Shown: piece after piece, positions 19,905-30,440 of the stretch
Layout of the letters: the number at the start of each line of letters is the position of its first letter
How positions within the stretch are numbered: the first letter of the stretch is position 1
DNA from: an uncultured Chloroflexia bacterium
GTDB lineage: Bacteria; Chloroflexota; Limnocylindria; Limnocylindrales; CSP1-4
Length of the DNA: 64,000 bases
Reading direction: 5' to 3'
Assembly (NCBI GenBank): GCA_963841135.1
Contig: CAWJBJ010000004.1
Span: forward strand, 829,165 to 893,164
Translations under genes and position numbers: made by a program
Notes under the pieces: generated by a model
Databases searched by the model: none
What the model was told of the DNA's origin: nothing
What the model saw: the letters and a program-made list of their open reading frames with translations, nothing else

Positions 19905-21680
19905 ATGTCCTTCGATGGTCTCGGGCTGTCGCCCGAGCTTCTCGGCACGGTCGCCAAACAGGGCTACACCGTGCCCACCCCCGTCCAGGCCGAAGCCATC
20001 CCGCTGGTCCTCGCCGGCCGCGACGTGATGGCGGGTGCCCAGACCGGGACCGGCAAGACCGCCGCCTTCGTGCTGCCGATGATGCAGCGCCTGCACGCCA
20101 GCGGGCGTGACGGGCAGCGCGGCGTCCGTGCCCTCATCCTCGCCCCGACCCGCGAGCTGGCCCTCCAGATCGCGGAGAGCGTGCGCACCTACGGCGCGGC
20201 TCGACCGATCCGCTCGGTGGCGATCTACGGCGGCGTCGGCTTCGACCCGCAGGTCCGCGCGCTTCGCGGCGGCGCGGAGATCGTCATCGCGACCCCCGGC
20301 CGCCTGCTCGACCACGTCGGTCAGCGGACGATCGACCTGTCCCGCGTCGAGATCCTCGTCCTCGACGAGGCCGACCGGATGCTCGACATGGGCTTCATCC
20401 GCGACATCCGCAAGGTCCTCGCGCTCCTGCCGGCCAAGCGCCAGAACCTCCTGTTCTCGGCCACCTTCTCCAACGACATCCGCCAGCTGGCGGCCGGCCT
20501 GCTCCACGATCCGGCCTCGGTCCAGGTCACGCCGCGGAACGCGCCGTCCGAGCTGGTCAGCCAGGTCGTCCACCCGGTCGACCGCGAGCGCAAGCGCGAG
20601 CTGCTCAGCCACCTCGTGAAGACCGGCGTCATCTACCAGGCGCTCGTGTTCACGCGGACCAAGCACGGCGCGAACCGCCTCGCGACGCAGCTGGAGCACG
20701 ACGGGATCCGCGCCACGGCGATCCACGGCAACAAGAGCCAGCCCCAGCGCGTCCGCGCCCTCGCCGACTTCAAGGCGAACAAGTACGCGATCCTCGTCGC
20801 GACCGAGGTCGCCGCCCGCGGCCTCGACATCGACTCGCTGCCGCACGTCGTCAACTTCGAGCTGCCGATGGTCGCCGAGGACTACGTCCACCGGATCGGC
20901 CGCACCGGCCGCGCCGGCGTCGACGGCCAGGCCGTCTCGCTGGTCTGCGTCGACGAGATGCGATTGCTCCAGGACATCGAGCGCGTCCTCGGTCGCCCGA
21001 TCCCGTCCGAGGTCATCCCGGGCTTCGAGCCCGACCCGCGGATCCGGCCCGAGCCGATCCTGCGCGGCGGTCTCGGTGGTGCCCGGCCAGGAGCCGGACC
21101 CCGCCAGCGCCCGATCGGGTCGCCACGCTACGCGGCCGCTCCCCGCTATGCCGCCGCACCCCGCCACGATGCCGTCGGGCGACCGGGCGGCGCCGCGCAT
21201 CCGCACATCGGCGCCCGATCGCTCGGCCAGGGCCGTAGCGGCCCGCGTCCGGCCGGCGCACCCGGCCCGAACCGTGGGGGCGGTCACGCCTTCCCGGTGA
21301 ACCACGGCGGTCAGGCGCCGGCGCGGCGTCTCGAGCAGGGTCGCCCGACCGGCGGTCGCCCCACCGGCCGGCCGGCCGGCGGCCGCCCGATCCAGCCCGG
21401 CCAGTCGCTCGGCAATCGACCGATCCAGGGCGGACGACCCGCGCAGGGCGGACCGGCCAAGCATGGCCAGCGTCCGGGGAACGGCCAGCGCCCCAATAAC
21501 GGCCCGTGGCGGAACGACGGAGCGCGCCCGGGCAACGGCCCGTGGCGGATCGATGGCGCGCGCCCGAGCAACGGCCACCAAAACGACGGCCCGCGGCCGA
21601 ACGGGCGCCCGAACGGCGCGCCCATGGCGCTGCCGGGTGAACGCCTGGCCCGCGTCGGCGGCGGTCGCACCGACCGCTAG
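19905..21680 (+). CDS. DEAD-box ATP-dependent RNA helicase (RhlE/DeaD family) with low-complexity Gly/Arg/Pro-rich C-terminal tail
   Basis: The Q-motif and motifs I-VI are all present ([40 protein letters not shown]). AGGAG Shine-Dalgarno. The last roughly 190 aa are RGG/P/N-rich. Confidence 0.9.
   Translation: MSFDGLGLSPELLGTVAKQGYTVPTPVQAEAIPLVLAGRDVMAGAQTGTGKTAAFVLPMMQRLHASGRDGQRGVRALILAPTRELALQIAESVRTYGAARPIRSVAIYGGVGFDPQVRALRGGAEIVIATPGRLLDHVGQRTIDLSRVEILVLDEADRMLDMGFIRDIRKVLALLPAKRQNLLFSATFSNDIRQLAAGLLHDPASVQVTPRNAPSELVSQVVHPVDRERKRELLSHLVKTGVIYQALVFTRTKHGANRLATQLEHDGIRATAIHGNKSQPQRVRALADFKANKYAILVATEVAARGLDIDSLPHVVNFELPMVAEDYVHRIGRTGRAGVDGQAVSLVCVDEMRLLQDIERVLGRPIPSEVIPGFEPDPRIRPEPILRGGLGGARPGAGPRQRPIGSPRYAAAPRYAAAPRHDAVGRPGGAAHPHIGARSLGQGRSGPRPAGAPGPNRGGGHAFPVNHGGQAPARRLEQGRPTGGRPTGRPAGGRPIQPGQSLGNRPIQGGRPAQGGPAKHGQRPGNGQRPNNGPWRNDGARPGNGPWRIDGARPSNGHQNDGPRPNGRPNGAPMALPGERLARVGGGRTDR
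21496..21575 (+). repeat. 39-bp tandem duplication inside the helicase tail ([12 protein letters not shown] / [12 protein letters not shown])
   Basis: aacggcccgtggcggaacgacggagcgcgcccgggc is followed directly by aacggcccgtggcggatcgatggcgcgcgcccgagc. Confidence 0.7.
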
Positions 21681-21741
21681 GGCGCCCTGCCCGGCCCGAT
21701 ATCATCGGCGTGGCGCGAACGCCAGACGATGGAGGTGGCCG

Positions 21742-22461
21742 GTGGAGGATCTCAAGGACACGGTCGTAGCGATCACCGGCGCGAGCGCCGGGATCGGACG
21801 GGCGACAGCGCGTGAGCTCGCCGGCGCGGGCGCTCGCGTGGTGCTCGGCGCCCGCCGGCGCGAGCGGCTCGAGGCGATCGAGACCGAGTACCCCGGCCAG
21901 GCCGTGGCCGTCGAGATGGACGTCCGTTCCCCCGAGGACAGCCAGCGCCTCGTCCACGAGGCGGTCGAGCGCTTCGGCCGCCTCGACAGCATCGTCGTGA
22001 ACGCCGGCATCGGGATGTACGGCGGCATCCTCGACAACAGCGACGAGGACCTCAAGAAGATGCTCGACACGAACATCGCTGGGACGGTCTGGCCGATCCG
22101 CGCGGCCGTCCCCGAGATGCTCAAGGCGGGCCGCGGCGACATCGTGATCGTGGCCTCGGTGGCGGGCTTCCGCGGCGGGGCGGACGAGGCGGTCTATGCC
22201 GCGACGAAGTTCGCCCAGGTGGGACTCGCCGGCTCGCTCGACCGCGAGCTCCGCGACAAGGGGATCCGGGTCACGACGATCGGCCCGGCCGGCACCTCGA
22301 CGGAGTTCGCCATCGGTGCGGGTCGGACCGAGGACATGCCCGAGCTGCGCACCTACCTCAAGCCCGAGGACATCGCGTTCGCGATCCGGACCGTCCTCGA
22401 GCAGCCGCGCCGCCTGCGGACGCAGTACTGGACGATCTGGAGCATGGCCCAGGGCAGCTGA
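21742..22461 (+). CDS. SDR family oxidoreductase
   Basis: GTG start 9 nt after GGAGG. VAITGASAGIGRATA (TGxxxGIG), catalytic YAATK. Confidence 0.8.
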   Translation: MEDLKDTVVAITGASAGIGRATARELAGAGARVVLGARRRERLEAIETEYPGQAVAVEMDVRSPEDSQRLVHEAVERFGRLDSIVVNAGIGMYGGILDNSDEDLKKMLDTNIAGTVWPIRAAVPEMLKAGRGDIVIVASVAGFRGGADEAVYAATKFAQVGLAGSLDRELRDKGIRVTTIGPAGTSTEFAIGAGRTEDMPELRTYLKPEDIAFAIRTVLEQPRRLRTQYWTIWSMAQGS

Positions 22462-22476
22462 GCGCGGCCCCGGCCC

Positions 22477-23736
22477 TCATCCTCGGGCGACGGCCGGCTC
22501 CTGCGCAGGCACCATGAACGCGGCGAACGCAGCCGACGCGACCGCGGCGACCACCCCCAGCCAGATCGCGCCCGCCAGCGACGTCGTCACGAGCACACCG
22601 GCGATCGCCGCGCCGAGCGGGTAGCCGGCGAAGTTGAACGCCATCGAGACGGCGAACGCGCGCCCCATCCACGCCGGGTCCGTCCGACGCTGGCGGATCG
22701 TGAACAGCGCGATGTCGAGGCAGCCGTTGGCCAGCCCGAACCCGAACATCATCACCACGAGCAGCGCGAGCCCGGCCTCCGGGGCGATCGGGCCGAGGAC
22801 GCCAGCGGCGGGCAGCAGCAGCGCGATCACCGGCGCTCCCACGATCATCGGGATGACGAGCATCGCCCATTCCCGACCGCGCGTGTCGATGCGCCCGAAC
22901 ACGAGCGCCGAGGCCATCCCCGACAGGCCCGACGCCGCGAAGACGAACCCCACGACGGCCTCGCCGTAGCCGAGGACCCGCAACACGATCACGGGGACGA
23001 CGATCGTGATCATCCCCCAGCCGAGGTTCAGCACCGACATCGAGAAGCCGAGCCCGCGGATGGTCGGGTTCGCCCAGGCGTAGCGGACGCCGGCCCACGC
23101 GTCCGACAGGAGGCGCCCTTCCGACACGGACGCCGTCTCGGGCTCGCGCACGCCGGCGAGGGCGAGCGCCGCGAGGCCGAACGGCAGCGCGATCGCGATG
23201 AGCGCCGTCGGGGCGCCGAGGATCGCGACGAGGCTCGCGGCCAGCGGGGGACCGAGGATCGTGGCCACGACGTACCCATTCGAGTCGATCGCGTTGACCC
23301 GCTCCCAGAGCTGCGAGGGGACGATGATCGGGAAGATCGTCCGGAGGCCGACGATGCTCAGGATCGAGGTGAGCGAGGTGACGCCGACGATAACGATCAG
23401 GAGCGGCGCGGGCAGGAGGCCGGCCAGCGCCAGCCCGCCGATGAGCGCGAGGCTGATCAGCGCCACGACGTAGTCGAGGATCATCAGGCGGACCCGCCCG
23501 TGCCGGTCGAGCAGGGCGCCGGCGATCGGCGCGATCAGCAGGCCGGGCACCACGCTCACGAAGGTCACGATCCCGGCCAGCGTCGGCGAGTCGTAGACCG
23601 TGAGCGTGAACAGGACCAGCGCAACGCCAAGCATCGTCTGGGCGATCCGGGCCAGACCCATCGAGGCCACGACGCGGCCGAGCTGGGGCACCTCGAGGAG
23701 CGCGCGGTAGGACGGCTCAGGGAGTTCTTCGGGCAT
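22477..23736 (-). CDS. MFS transporter
   Basis: 419 aa, about 12 TM helices, MFS motif-like DRHGRVRLM loop. Confidence 0.8.
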   Translation of the reverse strand: MPEELPEPSYRALLEVPQLGRVVASMGLARIAQTMLGVALVLFTLTVYDSPTLAGIVTFVSVVPGLLIAPIAGALLDRHGRVRLMILDYVVALISLALIGGLALAGLLPAPLLIVIVGVTSLTSILSIVGLRTIFPIIVPSQLWERVNAIDSNGYVVATILGPPLAASLVAILGAPTALIAIALPFGLAALALAGVREPETASVSEGRLLSDAWAGVRYAWANPTIRGLGFSMSVLNLGWGMITIVVPVIVLRVLGYGEAVVGFVFAASGLSGMASALVFGRIDTRGREWAMLVIPMIVGAPVIALLLPAAGVLGPIAPEAGLALLVVMMFGFGLANGCLDIALFTIRQRRTDPAWMGRAFAVSMAFNFAGYPLGAAIAGVLVTTSLAGAIWLGVVAAVASAAFAAFMVPAQEPAVARG

Positions 23737-23817
23737 CCGGTGATGCTATCGGAGCGACGCCCAGACGGTCCGTTCCGGGATGGGACGGGCGCGTGCCGCG
23801 CCTCAGGAGCCGCCGAC

Positions 23818-24459
23818 CTAGGGCTTGGCGATCGGCAGCAGGCGGCGCTCGAACGCGGTGGCGACGGCCGCGGCGCGGTCGTTGACGTCCAGCTTCGCGT
23901 AGATGTGGAGGAGATGCGTCTTGACCGTCGCCTCGGAGATGAACAGGCGGGCTGCCGCGCCGCGATTCGTCAGCCCCGTCGCGATGAGCGCCAGGACCTC
24001 GAGCTCGCGCTCGCTCAGAGCCTCCTGTGCAGGCTCGCGGAGCTGGCTCATCAACCGCGTCGCGACGGACGAGGCCAGGACCGATTCGCCGCGGGACGCC
24101 GCGCGGACCGCCCGGAACAGCTCGTCGCGCGGCGAGTCCTTGAGTAGGTACCCGGTCGCGCCGGCCTCGATCGCGGGGACGACGTCGCTGTCGGTGTCGT
24201 AGGTCGTCAGCACGAGGACGCGCGACGGGATGTCCTGCTTCGACGAGCTCGCGGATGGCCGCCGCGCCGTTGATGCCGGGCATCCGGAGGTCCATCAGGA
24301 TCACGTCCGGGGTCAGTCGAACCGCCATCTCGATGGCCTCGGCGCCGTCTGACGCCTCGCCGACGACCTCGAACTCGGGATCGCCCGAGAACATGCCGCG
24401 CAAACCGTCGCGGACGACCGGGTGGTCGTCGACGATCAGGAGCCGGATCGGCGTCATGA
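23818..24459 (-). CDS. NarL/LuxR-family response regulator (apparent 1-nt frameshift between receiver and linker)
   Basis: Receiver MTPIRLLIVDDHPVVRDGLRGMF...DVILMDLRMPGINGAAAIRELVEAGHP, then a frame change near 24230 into ...SRVLVLTTYDTDSDVVPAIEAGATGYLLKD...ELEVLALIATGLTNRGAAARLFISEATVKTHLLHIYAKL (LuxR HTH). The start ATG overlaps the kinase stop (ATGA). Confidence 0.75.
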
Positions 24460-25719
24460 CCGGCCGGCCATCCCGGGCGCGACGATCGCCGGGACGCGCG
24501 CGGAGACCGCCGTCCCGCCGCCCGGCTCGGATTCGATGGCCAGCGTCCCGGCTACGCGGTTGACCCGCTGGCGCATCGCCGACAGGCCGAAGCCGCCGCC
24601 GCGTCCGTCGGCCGTCGCGGGCACGGCGAATCCCACGCCGTCGTCGCGAACGTCGAGCGTGACGACATCGCCCATGTAGGACAGGGTCAGCCAGGCGCGC
24701 GAGGCACTGGCGTGCTTGGCGACGTTGGCCAGCGCCTCCTGCGTGGTCCGCAGCAGGGCGACCTCGACCTCGGGGTGCAGCGGCTGGACGTCGCCCGTCG
24801 TGGCAACCTCGAGCGGGATGCCGTTGAGCTCCGACCACCGCCGGGCGACCTCGGCGAGCGCATCGGGCAGCCGGGCGGTCTCGAGACGCTCGGGGCGCGA
24901 GCCCTCGACCGACCGCCGCGCCTCGGACAGGCTGTCGCGAGCCAGCCCGATCGCGTTTCGGACGTGGCGTTGCCAGTCCTCGGGCCGCTCGCGGGCCTGC
25001 TCGGCCGCCTCCAGCTGGGTGACGACGCCGGTCAGTCCCTGGGCGATCGTGTCGTGGATCTCGGCGGCCATGCGCTGCCGCTCGTCGAGCATGCCGGCCT
25101 CGCGGGCCAGTGTGAGTAACTGGGCGTGGAGGCCGGCGTTCTCCTCGAGCGCGGTCTCGAGGCGCGCCACCGTGAGGCGCCGCTGTTCGCTCTGCTCCGC
25201 CAGACGCTCGCCCATGAGCCCCCCGGCCCCGATCGCGAGGGTCTGGATGGCGATGATCGCGAAGTAGATCGACCACCACTCAGGCGTCGTCGGCAGCCCG
25301 CCGACCACCGTGTTGACGATCACCGAGGTCGCGAACACGCCGCCGATGAGGAGCGGCCACGGTCGGAGCACCATCGCGTGGAAGAAGCCCGTGATCAGGA
25401 AGATGAAGAAGAGGTACTCGCGCAGGGCCAGCGCTGACGCGATCACCAGCATGCCGACGAAGTACGCGATCATCCGGGCGCGGTGCGCCTTCCGAGGCCG
25501 CGGAGCTCGCGTGTAGCCGAGGAACACCCAGAGCGCGGCGAGCCCGACCAGGCCGGCCGTCACGAGGCGTTCGCCCATGCCGTCGGTCGACCAGGCAAAG
25601 GCCATGACGGCCGACAAGCCCAGCGTGACGTACGGACACCAGTCGGTCAGCCGGTCGCTCCATCGCTCGTAGAGCGATGGAGCCTCGGGCGCCGAAGCCT
25701 GCACGGGTGACACGCTCAC
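24454..25719 (-). CDS. membrane sensor histidine kinase, HisKA_3 (NarX/DesK-like) family
   Basis: About six N-terminal TM helices, then ERQRMAAEIHDTIAQGLTG (H-box), and an HATPase_c with GGGFGLSAMRQRV. The GTG start at 25719 overlaps the permease stop (GTGA). Start choice is uncertain. Confidence 0.7.
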   Translation of the reverse strand: MSVSPVQASAPEAPSLYERWSDRLTDWCPYVTLGLSAVMAFAWSTDGMGERLVTAGLVGLAALWVFLGYTRAPRPRKAHRARMIAYFVGMLVIASALALREYLFFIFLITGFFHAMVLRPWPLLIGGVFATSVIVNTVVGGLPTTPEWWSIYFAIIAIQTLAIGAGGLMGERLAEQSEQRRLTVARLETALEENAGLHAQLLTLAREAGMLDERQRMAAEIHDTIAQGLTGVVTQLEAAEQARERPEDWQRHVRNAIGLARDSLSEARRSVEGSRPERLETARLPDALAEVARRWSELNGIPLEVATTGDVQPLHPEVEVALLRTTQEALANVAKHASASRAWLTLSYMGDVVTLDVRDDGVGFAVPATADGRGGGFGLSAMRQRVNRVAGTLAIESEPGGGTAVSARVPAIVAPGMAGRS

Positions 25720-26441
25720 TCCCACTGGAACCGCTTGGCTGCCACCGCCCCGGCAACGATCGTGACGAGTGCCATGACCGCGAGCTGGGCCAGCTCGGGC
25801 GTCGTGCCCGACCACGCATCCAGCAGCGCCTGCACGCCTGGCGGCGTGTAGTCGCCGATGCGGATCAGGAACTCCGGCAGCAGCATCCGTGGGAGGTATA
25901 CCCCACCCAGGAACATCACTGCAGCGAAGAGCGGCAGCCACAGTGCGGTCGCGAGGCCGGTCGTTGGCGCCACGGCCGCGACGAGCAGGCCCAGGGCGAA
26001 CAGGGCCGACATGCCGAGCACGAAGGCGGCGGCGAAGCCGACCGGGTCCTGAGGCAGCGGGATCTGGAGCACGACGTTCCCGACGACGATGAGGATGACC
26101 ACGCTGACCACGGCCACGCCCATGTTGACCACGAGCTGGGCGGTCAACAGGTAGTGCGGACTGGCCGGCGTCGTCGACAGGCGGCGCAGCACGCCCTGCT
26201 CGCGGTACTTCACGAGGCGGGCCGGCAGCGTGTTCACGCCCAGGATCGCCAGGGTCATGACGACCATCGACGGGGCGAAGATGTCGATCCACCGTCTCCC
26301 GCCGAGCGCGGGATCCGGCTCACCGCCGAAGAGGAGGCCGACGACGACGAGGACGAACGTCGGCAGCAGGATCGTGAGGAGCCACATCCCTGGCTCGCGA
26401 AGGAACAACTTGGCCTCGACGGCCATGAGCTTTGACAGCAT
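25716..26441 (-). CDS. ABC-2 type transporter permease
   Basis: 241 aa, six TM helices, ABC-2 family features. Confidence 0.75.
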   Translation of the reverse strand: MLSKLMAVEAKLFLREPGMWLLTILLPTFVLVVVGLLFGGEPDPALGGRRWIDIFAPSMVVMTLAILGVNTLPARLVKYREQGVLRRLSTTPASPHYLLTAQLVVNMGVAVVSVVILIVVGNVVLQIPLPQDPVGFAAAFVLGMSALFALGLLVAAVAPTTGLATALWLPLFAAVMFLGGVYLPRMLLPEFLIRIGDYTPPGVQALLDAWSGTTPELAQLAVMALVTIVAGAVAAKRFQWE

Positions 26442-26458
26442 CGGAGATCTCCAGTCGG

Positions 26459-27367
26459 CTAGCTTGCGAGCTTGCGGCCGGTCAGGGCGACGAAGGCGTC
26501 GTCGAGATCCGCCTGCTCGATCCGCAGCTCGTTGGCGACGATCTGGTGGCGGGCAAGGGCCGCCATGACCGCCTGCACGAGGTTGCCGGTGCCCGCCACC
26601 ACGATGGTCGACCCCTCGCGAGTGACCGTCCGGACCCCGGGCAGCCCGGTCAGGAGTCCGTCATCGACGGGGGCGGACGGCCGGAAGCGGAGGCGTTGCT
26701 CGGCATCGACGCGCGACACGATCCCCGCGGGCGTGTCGAGGGCCACGACGCTGCCTGCGTCGATCAGCGCGATGCGGTCGGCCAGACGCTCCGCCTCCTC
26801 CATGAAGTGGGTCACGAGGATGACCGTGACGCCGCTCGCGCGGACGTCCTCGATGAGCTGCCATGTGTCGCGCCGCGCCTGCGGGTCGAGGCCGGTGGTG
26901 AGCTCGTCGAGGATCGCGATCTTCGGATTGCCGATCAGGGCGAGCGCGATCGACAGCCGTTGCTTCTCGCCGCCCGAGAGCTTGCCGAACTTGGCCTTGT
27001 GCTTCTCGGCGAGCCCGAGATCGTCGAGCAGCCGCTGACCGTCCCGGGGTTGCGCGTAGAACGAGGCGTACAGCTCGACAGCCTCGGCGACGCGGATGTG
27101 GTCCGGCATCTCGCTCTCCTGGAGCTGGACGCCGACGACGCGGTGGAGTTCGTCGCGATCGCGCTGCGGGTCGAGGCCGAGGACGCTGATCGCGCCCGAA
27201 TCGGGTGTTCGCAGGCCGCTGATGGATTCGACCGTGGTGGTCTTGCCGGCACCGTTCGGGCCGAGGATGGCGAAGATCTCGCCCTCCTCGACCGTGAAGG
27301 AGACGTCGTCCACCGCCGTGCGATCGCCATAGCGCTTGACGAGGTTGGTGACTTCGATGACGTTCAT
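26459..27367 (-). CDS. ABC transporter ATP-binding protein (ABC-2 partner)
   Basis: GPNGAGKTTT (Walker A), LSGGEKQRLSIALAL (signature), ILDELTTGLD (Walker B), VILVTH (H-loop). The rest of the ORF to 29092 is spurious. Confidence 0.85.
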   Translation of the reverse strand: MNVIEVTNLVKRYGDRTAVDDVSFTVEEGEIFAILGPNGAGKTTTVESISGLRTPDSGAISVLGLDPQRDRDELHRVVGVQLQESEMPDHIRVAEAVELYASFYAQPRDGQRLLDDLGLAEKHKAKFGKLSGGEKQRLSIALALIGNPKIAILDELTTGLDPQARRDTWQLIEDVRASGVTVILVTHFMEEAERLADRIALIDAGSVVALDTPAGIVSRVDAEQRLRFRPSAPVDDGLLTGLPGVRTVTREGSTIVVAGTGNLVQAVMAALARHQIVANELRIEQADLDDAFVALTGRKLAS

Positions 27368-27520
27368 GGACCGAGTGTCGTTCGGCCCTGTGCCGCCGTC
27401 ATCGCCCAGACGGGCTGAACGCGGGCTCAACCCGGTTGATGGGGCATCAACCGATCGGTTGGTGGGACGACTCCACCGGGGCTGGACGGCACCCCGACGG
27501 CGCAAGCATGATGTCGCGGG

Positions 27521-30391
27521 ATGCCGATGGTGACGACGGCGGCCGGCCAGGACGATCGAGCACTGCCTGGCCCGGGCCGGGACGTCGTCGGTCGCGCGCG
27601 GGAGGTCGCGGCCATCGAGGCATTCCTGGACGCCGGCGACCGGCTGCCGCGAGCCCTGGTCATCGAGGGCGAGGCAGGCATCGGCAAGACGACCCTGTGG
27701 CATCGGGCGACGGACGGGGCCCGTGCCCGGGGCTACGTCGTGGTCGAGGCGCGGCCGGTCGGCGCCGAGGCGCAGCTCGCGTTCGCCGGCCTCGGTGACC
27801 TCCTCGCGGACGCCTTCGCGGCCGTCGGGACGCGACTGCCGGAGCCGCAGCAGCACGCCCTGGGCGTCGCGCTGCTCCTCGACCAGCCGGGCGAGTCGGC
27901 CCACGACCCGCGAACGGTCGGGGTCGCCGTCCTTTCGACGCTTCGACTGCTGGCAGACGCGCGGCCGGTGCTCCTTGCGATCGACGACGAGCAGTGGCTC
28001 GACCCGACCTCGGCCGCGACGCTCGGCTTCGCCCTGCGACGGCTCCGGTCCGAGCCCGTGGCGGTCCTGCTGGCGCGTCGACCGGGGGATGAGGGCAGCG
28101 TCGCCCGGCTCAGGCTGGAGGGGCGCATCCCGGTCGAACAGGTGGACGTGGGTCCGGTGTCGATCGGCGCGCTCCACGCGATCGTCGCCGAGCGCTTCGC
28201 CACCGTCCTGACGCGGCCGCGGCTGCGGCGCCTCCACGAGCTGTCCCGCGGCAACCCGTACCTGGCGATCGAGCTCGCTCGAGCGGCGCAGACCGGGCAG
28301 CTCCTGCTGGACTCGGCGGAACCCGTCTCGGTCGATCTCGGCCGGCTGCTCGGAGCCCGGCTCGACGCGCTCCCTGGGGCCACCCGGACCGCCCTCCTGG
28401 CGGCCGCCGCCGCGTCGCACCCCACGGTCGAGCTGCTGGACCTGGTCACGGGCCGCGACGTGCGGCCGCTGCTGGCGCCTGCCGTCGATGCCGGCGTCAT
28501 CGAGCCGGTCGGGACCGAGGTCCGATTCACCCACCCGCTGCTCGCCTCCGCCGCGTTCGGAGCCGTCACCGCGGAGGAGCGTCGGCAGATGCACGCGACG
28601 CTGGCGCGCGCGGTGGAGGACCGCGAGGAGCGGGCACGCCACGCGGCCCTGGCGGCTATAGAGCCGGACGAGTCCGTCGCCCTCGAGGTCGAGCGGGCGG
28701 CAGAGGCGACGTTCCGGCGCGGTGCCCCGGTGGCCGCGGCGGAGCTTGCCGACCAGGCCGTGCGGCTCACGCGCCCGGACGAGCCGGACGGCCGACGACG
28801 GCGGGCCGCCGCCCGCGCCGAGTACCTCTTCGGCGCGGGTGACACCTCCGCGGCGGGGCAGCTCCTCGACAGCGTGATCGAGGCGACGCCGCGGGGCCGG
28901 ACCCGTGCGGCACTCCTGGCCCTCCAGGCCCGGATCCGCCACTTCGGCAACGACATCGCGAGCGGCGTCGACGCCAACCGGCGGGCGCTCGCCGAGGCCG
29001 GCCGGGACGACGGTCTGCGGGCGGGGATCCATGAGGGCCTCGCCTGGGGGCTGTTCCTGATGCGCGCCGATCTGCGCGCCGCGGAGCGCCATGCGCGGTC
29101 AGCCGTCCTCTCCGCGACGCGCGCCGGCGACGACGTCGCGCTGGCCGAGAGCCTGGCCGCCCTCGCGATCACGTCCCTGGCCATCGGTCGCCCGGCGTCG
29201 GAGGCGATGGACGCGGCGATGGCGCTCGAACCCGCCCTCGTTGACCTGCGCGTCCTGCGTCATCCGAGCTACGCCCGCGGCTACGTGCTCGCGTGCACGG
29301 ACCGCCTCGACGAGGCCGCAACGGTCTTCGCGGACCTGCTCACCCGGGCCGAGGAGCACGGCGACGAGAGCGCCGTGCCGCCGATCCTGGTCCAGCTCTC
29401 CCTGGTCGAGATCCTGTCCGGCGACTGGACCGCCGCCGATGAGCACGCACGCACCGGCCACGCACTGGCGCTCCAGACTGGGCAGCGACCATCCGCGGCG
29501 GCACTGCTCGGGCGATCGGCACTGCTGGCGGCCCTGCGTGGCCGGCTCGACGAGGCGGAGGGGCTCGGCGAGCAGGCGCTGAGCGGCGGCGCCGGCGGTT
29601 CGGCCGATCTCGACACCGCGCTGGCCCGCGCGCCGCTCGGCGGCGGGGAGATCGCGGCCTGGGCACTGGGTGCGGCTGCGCTGGCCGCGGGCCGTCACGA
29701 GCGCGCGATCCGGTGCCTCCAGCCCCTCGCCGACACGTTGCTCGGGGCCGGGATGCGCGACCCGGGCGAGCTGCGCTTCCTGCCCGATGCGGTCGAGGCG
29801 CTGGTCGGCCTCGAGCGGCTCGACGTGGCCGATGCCCTCGTGGGCCGGATGGAGGCGATGGCGCGCGCATCGACGCGGCCGACGGCAGTCGGCATCGCCG
29901 CCCGCTGTCGGGCCATCGTCGCGGCACGCCGCGGCGACCTCGACGCGGCGCTGGAGGCGGCCGGTCGCGCGGTCGGCCTCCTCGACGGCGGTCCGCTCCC
30001 GCTCGAGGTCGCGCGGGCGAGGCTCGTCCTGGGCGAGATCCAGCGCCGCACCCGCCGGCTCCGTGAGGCACGCGTGACGCTCGTCGCGGCGATCGACGGC
30101 TTCGACCGCCTCGGCGCCGTGGGCTGGGCGGAGCGTGCCCGCGCCGAGGCCGCGCGCGTCGGTGGCCGCGCCGCGTCGACCGGGGACCTCACCCCGACCG
30201 AGCACCGAGTCGCCGAGCTGGTGGCCGAGGGCCTGGCCAACAAGGAGGTCGCGCACGCGCTCGCCATCGGCCAGAAGACCGTCGAGCTGCACCTGTCGCA
30301 CGTGTACGCCAAGCTCGGGGTCGGTTCGCGCACCGAGCTCGTCCGCCGGTGGAGCGCGGGTCCATCGGCCGCCGACGGGGGCAAACCCTAG
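27521..30391 (+). CDS. LuxR-family large ATP-binding regulator (LAL/MalT-like: AAA/NACHT-type NTPase + TPR + C-terminal LuxR HTH)
   Basis: [14 protein letters not shown] (P-loop) ... C-terminal TPTEHRVAELVAEGLANKEVAHALAIGQKTVELHLSHVYAKLGV. 956 aa. Confidence 0.8.
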   Translation: MPMVTTAAGQDDRALPGPGRDVVGRAREVAAIEAFLDAGDRLPRALVIEGEAGIGKTTLWHRATDGARARGYVVVEARPVGAEAQLAFAGLGDLLADAFAAVGTRLPEPQQHALGVALLLDQPGESAHDPRTVGVAVLSTLRLLADARPVLLAIDDEQWLDPTSAATLGFALRRLRSEPVAVLLARRPGDEGSVARLRLEGRIPVEQVDVGPVSIGALHAIVAERFATVLTRPRLRRLHELSRGNPYLAIELARAAQTGQLLLDSAEPVSVDLGRLLGARLDALPGATRTALLAAAAASHPTVELLDLVTGRDVRPLLAPAVDAGVIEPVGTEVRFTHPLLASAAFGAVTAEERRQMHATLARAVEDREERARHAALAAIEPDESVALEVERAAEATFRRGAPVAAAELADQAVRLTRPDEPDGRRRRAAARAEYLFGAGDTSAAGQLLDSVIEATPRGRTRAALLALQARIRHFGNDIASGVDANRRALAEAGRDDGLRAGIHEGLAWGLFLMRADLRAAERHARSAVLSATRAGDDVALAESLAALAITSLAIGRPASEAMDAAMALEPALVDLRVLRHPSYARGYVLACTDRLDEAATVFADLLTRAEEHGDESAVPPILVQLSLVEILSGDWTAADEHARTGHALALQTGQRPSAAALLGRSALLAALRGRLDEAEGLGEQALSGGAGGSADLDTALARAPLGGGEIAAWALGAAALAAGRHERAIRCLQPLADTLLGAGMRDPGELRFLPDAVEALVGLERLDVADALVGRMEAMARASTRPTAVGIAARCRAIVAARRGDLDAALEAAGRAVGLLDGGPLPLEVARARLVLGEIQRRTRRLREARVTLVAAIDGFDRLGAVGWAERARAEAARVGGRAASTGDLTPTEHRVAELVAEGLANKEVAHALAIGQKTVELHLSHVYAKLGVGSRTELVRRWSAGPSAADGGKP

Positions 30392-30440
30392 GGTTCTCTC
30401 GAATGGTGCCGGCGGCCGGCGCGCCATAGCGTGCCGTCCG

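Noticed and set aside
19464-21581. 705-aa minus-strand ORF
   Set aside because: It is antisense to the DEAD-box helicase and low complexity.
26459-29092. 877-aa minus-strand ORF
   Set aside because: Only the 3' 302 codons form the real ABC ATPase. The remainder is antisense to the LAL regulator gene.
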